Shown: positions 21,701 to 30,166 of the stretch, in pieces
Layout of the letters: each line of letters starts with the position of its first letter
Numbering within the stretch: the stretch's first letter is position 1
Notes under the pieces: model-generated
Databases searched by the model: none
The model's input: only the letters and a program-made list of their open reading frames with translations
What the model was told of the DNA's origin: nothing
Translations under genes and position numbers: made by a program
DNA from: Macrostomum lignano
Lineage: Eukaryota
Direction: 5' to 3'
Length of the DNA stretch: 30,380 nt
Assembly: GCA_002269645.1 (NCBI GenBank)
Contig: NIVC01000179.1
Coordinates: 176,306-206,685, forward strand

Positions 21701-24700
21701 GATTGGACAAAGTCTCTCAGCCGTGGAGACGCGTTGCGGAGACTATCAAGTATTGCCAGAACAACAAAGACATTTGTGGAACAATGGAGATGATTACAAC
21801 TACAGAACAAGTAACAACGATCTCTCGCATGAACTCTCTCAGCGTGGGATTTGAGACAACTTCTCTGTCTGGAAGTTTCGTGATTGAGCAAATCTGTCGA
21901 GGTAAGTTGATACTGGCTAGAAGACGAAATTTGAAGTTGTTTTTTACTGATAAGATTAAATATATTTTTGAGTGCATAAACTCGACTTGCAGAGTCTTGC
22001 TGGACAAACTTTTTCGACACGAATAGCACGATTCCGATGAGCTTCGCTACCGGCCACATTTGGGCCGGGTCTGCTGCAGGAATTCCTCTTGCCGTCGTGC
22101 CTGATGCGACGACTGGCTTCTGGAGTGGCGACTGGGTCACGGTGCGTTTCGGCCAGCATTCTCTTTTAAGTTAGATTTTTTTACATAGAGCGTGTTGTAG
22201 CTTTCATGGGAATATAAAGCTTTTTAATTCTATAATACCGGATTCTATATAATCCGGATTCTATATAATAAGGTAGAAAAGCATAGACTAGCTTAAAAAA
22301 ATTTCGTATTGTTTTGGAGTTACGCTCGTATTTGTTGATACAGACCGTTTAATATGGTCTGTATCAACAAAATTCAAAGCTTTTCAATTAAAAAAGCATG
22401 CGGGAGCATCAGGTCGGTTCCGATCTCTTAAATATTGCTAGAATCCGGACTCGCTTGCTCCATATCAACATGTGCCAAGCAGTTCAGTAATTCCCATTCG
22501 CACTTTGTAAACTTCCCATAGCCTAAATGTATATTATAGCATGTATAGTGTAGCAACCATGTACTCGTACATCTATTTGCATGGTGAGCAACTAGCATGC
22601 GTGAGAATTGCATTCTGTGCGCGCGTAGGCTTAGTAAGAGGTATTTAGGATAAGAGCAATGTACATGCGACCCCAAAGCTCTGAAGTCAATGGCCTGAAG
22701 CATCGCTTTCCTCCTCAAGCGGATTAAAAATCATTGGCAAAGAAACGAGAAATATAAACGGAAGTAAAACAGTGCTTTAAAGAAACTTTATTTAAATTTC
22801 AGATATCATTCAACCAGACATTCCTATTTACTGCTGTGGCAGCCAGCGGTTCTGGCATCGAAGGTTCCGGTGACCGAGACTACTCAGGCTTCGTTCTTGA
22901 GTATTCAGATCTCACTCAGGCTGGAGCTCCTATGGTGACTGGCTCCTTCTCGTCTAGTGGGTCAGCGGTAAGATTCAAGCTGGAGCAAAATGTACATTGA
23001 CTGAATACTTCTGGGTCGAATTTTAATGAAATTTCGCTGTTTCCATTATAGGCTACTCTAACCGTTCAAAACGGCTACTTGTCTTGTCCGTTTAATCACA
23101 TCATTCGAAAGCCATTCTACACCAACAAGCTGAAGGTTATAACGAGTCCGGCTGGAAATTCAAAGGCCATGAAGTTCGACGTCTTTGGATGTCCAGTGAA
23201 TGGTAAAGTCTAATTTAAAATACAGCATTTCAGATGCATTAAAGATCAGAATGTCACTCGGTACTTAGCTCGTATTTACGCACATTTACCGTCACAATCA
23301 ATCTACCCGTCACAATTTTAGTTGATTCGCTTAGCTGCATAAACAGATCCGAGATCCACGTGCCGCACTCCCTGTACGGAAACATGCCGGCTCAGTGCCA
23401 AGACAACTGGATTGTGATCTACAAGAACTTCAATGCGAGCTGGAGCATGAACCGCAGTTACGAAGATTATCGACGCGGATTTTTCGACATGGAGAGTCTG
23501 CTAAATTCCAGCAGCTTCTGGATCGGAAACGAAGCCATGCGCACCCTCTCCATCTTCAACAAGTACCGACTGCGGATCGACATGTGGGACAAGAATGGCA
23601 AGTTCCAGTATGTGGAGTGCGACCGATTCTGGGTGGATTCGGTGTACGAAGGATACAAGGCCCACTTTGAGAGCTGTTTCTCTGCGTTCTCGGATTCTGT
23701 GCGACTGTCAAGTCACGACATCGCCCAGTTCTCTACTTTTGACAACGGGCCGCAGAAAAGCTGCGCCATCTCTGGAGGCAGTGGTTGGTGGTACAAATCA
23801 TCGGGTTGCTATGACAACAAGATGACTGGAAGCGGATTGTCCACATCACCCGATAAGATCTCATGGTCGCCTTCATTCGAGGGCGGAAAAGTGCTGATGC
23901 GGATCATTCAACCCAGCTATACCTATCCAGGTAAGTTTCTGTGTTGCATTTAATCATATATTTGAACAACAGCAGGTAATTTGTCACTCCTATAATGTAC
24001 ACGCTACTCCTTTAAAATCTTGCAGCACGAAATTTGAGCGAGGACTGTACTAGCGACCTCAACTGTCAAATTGTCAATCGATCTGTGTGTCTTGCACCAG
24101 ATACGATGTACCGAACTCGATGTAACTGCACTGTCGGTTGGTACCTTAATCAAGGAATGTGCAAGCCAGGTAAGCATTCAATAGTTTAATAGTTCTTGGC
24201 GCGCTGTGATAAACATACTCGTACTAACTAAAGTTGTAACTCTGCAAAACTTTTCAGTTGTCGACCTTGAAGCCATCGTATCATCGATTGTGTCTGGCTT
24301 GAGCGGCTCTTTTGTGCGCTCATTTAGGAAGAATTTCACTCAAGCTCTGACACTAAAAGTTCGAAATGGAACAGCCAATATTACTGCGGTAACTCCACCA
24401 AGCATCAACTACAACTTCAGTGTTTTTCTGTGGTCGGAAATGACTTCTTTGTACCCAGATCCATTGGCCGACCACTTCAAAGCAACCTATATGCAGGTTC
24501 TCGATGGAGATCAGGCTTCCTACGGTGCCATTGGACTGAATCTCACCTTCCAGGTATTCGGAAGCGTTCTTCTCGCTACTGGAAGCAGATGCAAAGCCAG
24601 CTCATATTTATGTATAGCCGTTATCAACTCCGACGACTCTTACTACCGGGATCTCAACTACACAAACAATGGTGGATGTTCGTCCATCACATCAGTGCGA

Positions 24701-27700
24701 AACTGTCAACCAAACACTGACACTCGCGTGTCTGCATTCAGCATTGCATCATCGAGTCCAAAAGTACTGACAAGATCGATGCGCAACGAATTCAGCATTT
24801 CTGCAACAGTGCAGGCCATTTCGGGTTCGTACGACATCAGTGCAGTGCAGGACAGTGATGAAAACTTTGTATTTTCTGCTCATCTCGCGTCAGCCGATTG
24901 TTCCAACAATGTGGCGTGCTTTGATTCTAGTCTCGTTCTCACTTCCAAGCTGACAAGTAACCTCACCGAGGTGCAGCGTGCTCTCAGCATTGGACAATCG
25001 CTCAGCTTCAGTTTGTCAGGTGGCTTTGAGTTCAACTTGACTTTGTGTGAACTCGCCAAGTACATTTGTGTGTCCAGTACAAACGGAGAAAACTCAAGTT
25101 TTACGGAAACAGTGCCGAACAATAATCTGCTATGCCAGCCAATCAGTATGAACTGCACGCCCTTCATCGATACGGCTGTGAGCTCAGTCTATCTTTCGGC
25201 ACGAAATGGCTCTTGGTTGTCTCGCTATGACGCACTGGTCGACTGGAACTCGACCCTGATGCATGTGAATGGATTGCATGTGACCGAAGTAGTTGGGAGC
25301 CGTCGTAACTTTTTTCCCACCATATTTCTCGCTTCGGACGACATGGCGCTCCAAGTCGGCTCAATTTGGCAGAGCTGCGGTGTTGAGGAACTGCAGCAGA
25401 GACTCGATCCGAACAGCACAATCGAATTCACATGTCAGGCAATGTTCAATGTCTCACGAACAAACTGTGAGAACCTTACCAGCTACTGTGTCATCTTTAA
25501 CAACACAGTCGCCCCATCATTCATTGAGGAGAATCCGACTAACAATATGCTATGTCGAGGATTGTCAGGGGCTTTGAACTGTCCTGGTCTTGCAGTCTCA
25601 AATACTACTTGCGTTTTGTCAGATAACACCGTTCGTCTTGGAGAGAGTTTCATGGTCACAGCGCACTGGGATGTTGCATCGACAATCGATGTGAACATCA
25701 GCTATGACACTGGCGTAAGCTATCATTGGAACTGGGCACAACAGAGCTACATTGCCAGTTTCTACGATATGGGATTCGATACTTACTATGAGTACAGGAG
25801 CGATGTCGGTCGCTTCAATGTTACATGTCGTCTTTGGAACGAAGTCAGTGAAGTTGTCCTACGAAATTCTATCGACGTGGTACCTGAGCTAGTCGACTTC
25901 CTCGACATCAGTTACGACTACTATCCATATGCCGTTCCGATAAACGTCAGCTTTACATTTCGAATGACAAACGGTTCGAGATATTCGCACCTCATCATCA
26001 ACTGCAGCATAGAAACAGAAACCGATCGCATCACATATGTACAGCTCACAGTGCCTCGGGATGTACCTCAAGTAGTGACTCTGGCTTATGTGGTCGATGA
26101 GCCATTTGTGTGGACCAACGTGACCTGCTGGAACCAGTTTTACAACTTCAACCGCACCTTCTATGTGATAAAGCAGGAGAATATCACAGGTTTGAGGGTG
26201 TTTCTGAACAACACACTTTATCGCACTGTAGAAGATTCGATGGCAAACATTAGCCTGACAAGTGGAACCCACGTGTCCTACATGATTCTTGTTGGAGACG
26301 GAAGGAACATCACGGTGGCTGACAATTCCAGACTGTCGGCTGATGCATCTGATGTTTACATCTGGAACTACCCTAATCATGGGGTGTACGATGTCGAGGT
26401 GACGGCTTTCAATTTTCACACAAGACAAACTGTGTACGTGAGAAATATAACGGTGCAACACATTCTGCAGAGCTTATTGCTGACGGCTCCAGCAAGCGTT
26501 CAGGTTCCTGATGGACGATTTACAGTCGACGTCACCCACACACTGACCCCATTCCCAACCAACGTGTCGTGTGTCATTTCGTTCGTCAGCTCTCGTTTGG
26601 AGCTCAGCTGGGTGAACTCTACGAGCCAGACGCAACAACTTATGTGCCAGCGCTCAATGATTGGCTCGCCAGTGAGCATCCAGGTCTTCTGCTCGAATCT
26701 CGTATCGTCAGCTGTTGCCGTGTCTAACTTGTCGTGCGAAGAGCGCATTATCGGTCTAAGCTTGACCTCGAAACTGCTCGAGCATCGAATGACTAATGTT
26801 GAAGTATCAGCCAAGCTGCTCAATGGATCTAATGTGCGCTACAGCTTTGATTTCGGAGATACATCACCAATTGAAAACTATACAAACCCGATGCTGTTTG
26901 CTGTGGACAAAGACATGGCAGTGAAGCACAACTATACAAAGGTTGGAAACTATACAGTACATGTGACTGTCTGGAACACGCTAAACTCTCTAAATGCCTC
27001 GATCGGTCCAATTATCATTCTTGACCCAGTGACATGTCCTAAAATCGTGTACAACAGCAGTGTTTTGTACACTCCAGCAACAGTCGGCTTCTGGGTCACA
27101 CACCCCTGCTACCCTGTGACAAACATGCACTGCACAATTGACTTTACTGGCTTCGGTAGTCTCTATCGGTACATTGACTATCTAGATGGAAGCAGTAGCG
27201 AGTACAGTGAAGCCTCGTTTCCTCGATCAGCCATCGGCTTGCGCAACTTCACTGTGAACTGTTCGAATCTACTCGACTGGCGCCTCACAAGTACGCCAGT
27301 CGAAATCATTCTTGACGCAGTGATTATCGGTGCATTCTACAATAACGGCTCAGTTCTGAACTACAATGCCACCACATTCGTGCTGAACATCACTCGATTC
27401 GGTACCAATGGCTGCTTTGCAGTGAACTTTGGTGATCACTCACCAGGTCGTTGCTTTGGCATTCCGAATCTTTGTGAACCGTACGCACGCAGTCACTCGA
27501 TGAACTTTACCGAGATCTCATATCAAGATACCAACCTTGTCTTCACTCACTTATACCCTTGGTACGGAAGCTACTCAGCAAGCGTCTTCGCTTTCAACCA
27601 CGTCAGCAACGACACAGCCGAAAACATTGCAGTGGTGTTGGACTGGCTCTGCTTCGAGCCTGGGCTCAATTTTACATTCAATGCAACAATTCTTACACCT

Positions 27701-29864
27701 CGCGATCCCGACAAGAGACTGGTGGTGCGACGTTCTGTGGCTTTCAGCGTAGAAGCGGTTGCAGATCTGAACTGCACAAAAACGCAAAACACGTGGCGCT
27801 TCTGGCAAATATTGGACCATCCGAGTGGCTCTGTTGCACTGACAAATCTGCCAGACTCATTCACGGTGTCACTGGCTGAGCGAACGCTTTGGTATGGAGT
27901 CTACAACGTGTTGCTGAATCTCTCCATGGCTCAAGTGCAGCCACCTGTGTCCACTGCGCTGAATTTTTATCTTGAGGTTGTCAAGACCCCGCTCGAATGC
28001 ACCGGTATTGATGGGCCGTCGGAGATAGAGTACAATGAGAATTTCGTACTCATAGCTGATAACTTTGTTCGCGACTATGACGTTGAGCCCGGAAATCACA
28101 CCGGAATGACATTTACCTGGGTGTGTCTGCAGTTGACAGAAAACGCATCTCAGCCGTTTAACTTAACGACTGTCGTGTCACTTCCTACTGAGCAGGGTGT
28201 TGAGAACTATCGAGGTTGCTATGGAAACGGAGCAGGTATTATTCACAGAGGTAGCAAAGCAGAGGCCGGCCGTTTTAACGGAAATAGCTACGACTTTATG
28301 CCGAATCGCACGTACCTGTTCAGAATGATTGTGTACAAGGACACAAGGTGGCAGTACTGCGAGAAAGCGCTGAAAGTGAGGCCACAAAAGGCGCCAAAAA
28401 TAAAAATGGCGTAAGTTCTGTCTAAATACAACACCAGTCGAATTTAATATTCGAGACGGAATGAAACATTTCCTATAAATTTGCTCATTTCAGATGCATC
28501 CACAACTGTGATTCGAAGATCACCTCTCTGCGAGATTTGGAGTATCAAGTAGAATGCACGAACTCTCTTTGCGGCCACAAGTTCCAGCCGCTTCAGTTCC
28601 GTTGGAGAATGTATCGAGTGGGCTCTCCTGCAGATGATAATTTAGCTGAGTGCACAAGAGGAGGTACGAGCATCAGATAGATAGATAGATACGGCTGTAC
28701 TTTGTCATTTATGTTATTTACCAAGCTCGTTGTCCCCAACCTTCCCACTTCAGGTGTATTCACAAACAGCACTCTTGTTAGAAACAAGTTCACTCTGATA
28801 AATGGCAGCTTTTACTACATAAATGTAACGGCGTACAACGTCGGACAAGAAGGTCCAGTAAGCGATCAGTTGCAGTTCATTGTGAACAGTCCACCGTTGG
28901 GCGGAAACTGCAGCGTCAAACCACTGAAGGGAATCGCCATGGAGACAAAGTTTCAAATCAACTGTTCCGGTTGGAAAGAGTTCCACACAAACACCGGTAG
29001 CTTAAAATACGAGTACCGCATTCAGCAGAAGGGAAGTCGGAGAGCGAACCTTCTGTTCTATGGAGATCTGACGACTCCACCAGCTATTTTCTTTCCAGTC
29101 GGGTCGCCAACAGACAATTTTGCGGCTACCCTCATTGCTTACATTTATGATTCTCTCGGAGACCGAAAAGACTATGTTTTCGATGTTTTTGTAAGTATTT
29201 CCTGTGCATTTATTGATGACACAATCGGTGACTGAACTTGCCGATGTGAACAAGCTTCAAATATCTGTTTCAGGTGGAACCACCGCCCGTTCCTCCAGAG
29301 GTGCTTGTTAAGAACATATCAGATATTTTCAGTGGAAGTAGTCCGGAGCTCAACAAATACCTTGAGAATGGAGATCAGCAAGGGGCATCTACGACGCTGC
29401 TGTGCGTTGGCTCACTGATGAATGTTAAGAATGAGGAAGCAGAAGGAGCCAACTCGACTGTTGAGTCACGAGAGAACTTCCGAATAAAGATGACTCAGGT
29501 ACACCACCGTCATAGATAATATTTTGATTGATGGAAAAAAACAATGCCCCGAAAATTCTTTCAGCAACGAACGCAGTTTATTAACGTGATTGCGAACTTT
29601 ACGGTGAACGCGACTGACTCGCTAGAGCAAACAAACGAGCTTCTGAGAAACTCTGTACTTCGAGTGGATCAGGTCACCTTAGGAGCTCAGGTAAGTATTG
29701 GCAGAACGATACGAGCGTAATGCTGCCAGAATCATGAAAAATTAATAAGACCAGCGTATTTTTATCTCAGGAAATCGTCGTAGGCAAGTTCTCCAGCCTG
29801 ACGGAAAACTATCGAACTCTGAAGACCAATATGAGTAAAAGAAACAAGTACTACATGGGTGAAG
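641..29864 (+). CDS. PKD1-like: Giant polycystin-1/REJ family receptor, partial (51 exons, about 5,245 aa, 5' and 3' incomplete)
   Basis: Hand-built GT-AG exon chain with consistent phases and no stops: 641-728, 985-1346, 1576-1726, 1802-2001, 2084-2385, 2481-2692, 2778-3053, 3132-3254, 3361-3495, 3588-3659, 4642-4866, 5600-5836, 5922-6088, 6172-6582, 6672-6824, 6976-7117, 7189-7425, 7740-8033, 8105-8238, 8311-8401, 8496-8681, 8804-8991, 9078-9222, 9335-9531, 9647-9779, 9925-10135, 10240-10712, 10888-11112, 11191-11457, 11540-11662, 11739-12273, 12357-12478, 13231-13842, 14016-14242, 19538-20165, 20234-20448, 20536-20671, 20773-20965, 21328-21530, 21620-21901, 21993-22141, 22803-22967, 23052-23202, 23322-23930, 24026-24169, 24258-28410, 28494-28663, 28754-29190, 29274-29498, 29565-29690, 29771-29864. 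PKD repeats followed by REJ define the family. That all exons belong to one transcript is inferred from phase continuity. Confidence 0.82.
985..1726 (+). CDS. Discoidin (F5/8 type C) domain, 2 exons
   Basis: YLDLYLPCVYTVTGLIIQGS...YRILYAY...|VSFSGPRD...FTNPFQAQIVRV...IKLDLLGFP matches the F5/8C pattern (VTGvitQG ... F.G..D ... P..A..vR ... rlEllG). Confidence 0.85.
1802..2692 (+). CDS. Short discoidin-like module followed by C-type lectin domain 1
   Basis: Short module ends DELSLLG. The CTL begins at about 2213: CPDGF..HFDVCL..AQKHCQS..GTLFMPKD|..VHVGIRRNSSTGSWEWFDGEPVSDGSW..YFVCQ, with a phase-2 intron. Confidence 0.8.
3361..3659 (+). CDS. Divergent kringle domain 1 (2 exons)
   Basis: CVNSRGDHTYF..LNVTREGIACAPWTS..SYCIS|SATSEQPSCNKVTGGKGTCLATSC has six Cys in kringle spacing. 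Confidence 0.7.
3868..4000. repeat. Degenerate ~13-16-bp tandem array (RAGNTTTTCCTGC-like)
   Basis: About 9 loosely aligned units, e.g. gagattttcccgc, agagtttcctgc, aagattctcctgac, agtttttcctgcc. Confidence 0.5.
4642..5836 (+). CDS. F-type lectin-like (FTP/discoidin fold) domain, 2 exons
   Basis: YVLVDLKLLHTISGVDFQS|P..IHVRVSSS..WPLC..YSFTCSSVMLGRYLVL..FFRVDQIFVF matches the FTP pattern VDL..I..V / C..C..GRYV..EV.V. Confidence 0.7.
5922..7117 (+). CDS. LamG/pentraxin-like module followed by the C-terminal two-thirds of a discoidin domain
   Basis: KVCVTWTADNNATTFFTYVDGQLIG..RKIGY is LamG/pentraxin-like. From about 6525: YLQ|ATFDKFVSLQWITLQG..YYSENARYW..|LFIGP..LRVFPYQY..LKLQLYGCP is F5/8C. 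Confidence 0.65.
7189..8401 (+). CDS. F-type lectin-like domain interrupted by a complete kringle exon (7740-8033)
   Basis: N-half AERGNDG..YWLISFGHLTIVKRIRV (7189-7425). Kringle GYFGRLNVTSSGYTCQDW..KNYCRN..FWCYTTNPSVRWQSCQIYSC. C-half ELFVSNS..|AARYAG..FAEYEVYGYP (8105-8401). Confidence 0.75.
8496..9779 (+). CDS. Discoidin domain followed by short discoidin-like module
   Basis: NPIGMEDGIIELNQL..FRLN|..TILGFVIQGS..VRSFKIFYGDD..|..PFKAKIIQFRPVSYYN..KLEILGYP, then DCGLIS..FYHFSGF..|..TNEIRIVI..VLFRGC. Confidence 0.85.
9925..11112 (+). CDS. C-type lectin domain 2 and F-type lectin-like domain
   Basis: CPFGFFRHKDSCFW..AKEICES..HLASPKTVLEN|..WKWWDGSPVDWKFW..ECL..TWRNIKC..FICE, then SASAANDG..DWWRVDMRTVQYVSEVWIYLRSD|..MCGFSGRYVIL..SLAEVVVY. 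Confidence 0.88.
11191..11662 (+). CDS. Degenerate PAN/apple-like exon plus N-terminal segment of a discoidin domain
   Basis: LFDCFRELAPTCKSVF retains only the inner Cys pair of a PAN domain. Exon 11540-11662 (SCDLRLVNGVPGLL..) resembles the F5/8C N-terminal segment and has the same length (123 nt) and phases as exon 3132-3254. Confidence 0.5.
11739..12478 (+). CDS. LamG/concanavalin-A-like domain
   Basis: VGFWPL..ANDI..GDLGSNVSWASGP..GALYLLGNANSTLQVP..YTVCFY..WHYFCVAV..|..GFLFCLQVFSLSL. Confidence 0.8.
12709..13029. mobile_element. Candidate decayed MITE (about 320 bp)
   Basis: 12-bp inverted termini TCCAGTAGTGAA / TTCACTACTGGA and a subterminal GGGCCATGGCCCC near-palindrome; no clear TSD. 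Confidence 0.4.
13231..14242 (+). CDS. Unassigned (PAN-like?) segment, kringle 3 and middle part of a discoidin domain
   Basis: Kringle at about 13600-13836 (CMVD..FAGKYW..GGVCPKW..AENYCRMP..C..C..C). Exon 14016-14242: GSWRAGSADLDEWLQLSF..YVLEYSDDSLYWYRY. Confidence 0.72.
14411..14616. repeat. 17-bp minisatellite GGGGGATGCTTGCTA(T/A)C
   Basis: Six near-perfect units at 14446-14547 with partly alternating AAC/ATC ends, plus degenerate units on both sides. The array appears to continue as CTTG.. after the retrotransposon. Confidence 0.92.
14617..14832 (+). repeat. 5' LTR (216 bp)
   Basis: TGTTAGCACTG...AAAAAACGAACA; identical to 18638-18853 except at position 3. Confidence 0.97.
14833..18616 (+). 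pseudogene. gag-pol: Disrupted gag-pol polyprotein
   Basis: Motifs: CFCCGKEGHTKDQC and CLQCGKVGHLKAVC knuckles; protease LLDTGS; RT LDLSNAY..YQDDILV; RNase H TDASPSGLGAVL; integrase HEGH..CSSC, DAFSKW, SDNGPQF, NGLAERFV. Lesions: TAG at 17317-17319 (ARVQR*AITL, normally W), a frameshift near 17612-17617, and no in-frame ATG before 15712. Confidence 0.9.
14834..14842 (+). promoter_or_regulatory. Primer binding site TGGCGACGA, probably tRNA-Ser(GCU)
   Basis: Lies 1 nt after the 5' LTR and is complementary to a 3' end ...UCGUCGCCA, as recalled for metazoan tRNA-Ser(GCU). The host tRNA is not visible. Confidence 0.75.
18629..18637 (+). promoter_or_regulatory. Polypurine tract GGGAAGGAG
   Basis: Purine run immediately 5' of the 3' LTR. 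Confidence 0.85.
18638..18853 (+). repeat. 3' LTR (216 bp)
   Basis: TGATAGCACTG...AAAAAACGAACA; 215/216 identical to the 5' LTR. Confidence 0.97.
19148..19256. repeat. (AGATATT)n heptamer microsatellite
   Basis: About 14 partly degenerate AGATATT units. Confidence 0.88.
19538..21901 (+). CDS. Discoidin C-terminus, full discoidin, short discoidin-like module, C-type lectin 3, PAN-like exon
   Basis: TLFGP..LRIY..KLEVFGC; then RVFAVVTAGG..VSYELFYG..TFLGNQED..APVVAKYMVFKP..FRLGFLGFP; CPRNFYYYNGRCV..ARQYCA..|VHIGV..WKNWRYDEP..TC..NWKSSTSC..VCE; KYCQNNKDICGT. Confidence 0.82.
21993..23202 (+). CDS. Discoidin domain (3 exons)
   Basis: SCW..GFWSGDWVT|ISFNQTFLFTAVAASG..FVLEYSD..|..KPFYTNKLKVI..AMKFDVFGCP. 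Confidence 0.72.
22228..22269. repeat. 16-bp tandem CCGGATTCTATATAAT x2 plus a partial copy
   Basis: Exact copies at 22238-22253 and 22254-22269. Confidence 0.85.
22331..22371. repeat. Perfect inverted repeat, 16-bp arms, 9-nt loop
   Basis: TTTGTTGATACAGACC-GTTTAATAT-GGTCTGTATCAACAAA. Confidence 0.93.
23322..23930 (+). CDS. Fibrinogen C-terminal (FReD) domain exon
   Basis: WIVIYKNFNASWSMNRSYEDYRRGF..FWIGNEAMRTL..YRLRIDMWD..QFSTFDNG..SCA..SGWWY..GC are hallmark FReD motifs. Confidence 0.92.
24026..24169 (+). CDS. EB-module/EGF-like six-cysteine exon
   Basis: LSEDCTSDLNCQIVNRSVC..RCNCTVGWYLNQGMCKP, phase 1-1. Confidence 0.7.
24258..28410 (+). CDS. 4,153-nt exon: three ~150-aa repeats, several PKD domains, start of the REJ module
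   Basis: Part of ORF 24206-28414. PKD motif YSFDFGD..HNYTKVGNYTVHVTVWN (about 26840-26980), also VNFGD..HLYPWYGSYSASVFAFN. REJ from about 27650: CFEP..LNC..LWYGVYNV..DYDV..TFTWVC. A very large PKD/REJ exon is also a feature of PKD1. Confidence 0.92.
28494..29864 (+). CDS. REJ C-terminal part and helical region preceding the GAIN domain
   Basis: CIHNCDSKI..FRWRMY|..VNSPPLGGNCSVKPLKGIAMETKFQINCSGW..LKYEY..FPVG..YIYDSLG is a REJ signature, followed by SLEQTNELL helical segments. Confidence 0.88.
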
Positions 29865-29942
29865 GTAAGCAACTGACCAGATTTTTCTGTTTACTGTAAT
29901 TTCATCCCAATCCGCTCAAAAGTCCAACATTTACTACATACT

Positions 29943-30163
<221 letters not shown>

Positions 30164-30166
30164 TAG

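Noticed and set aside
21589-27864. Minus-strand ORFs (e.g. 21589-22140, 25889-26461) as antisense genes
   Set aside because: They are shadows of + strand exons with no recognisable motifs or coherent splice structure.
28675-28692. (AGAT)4 repeat
   Set aside because: Too short to be notable.
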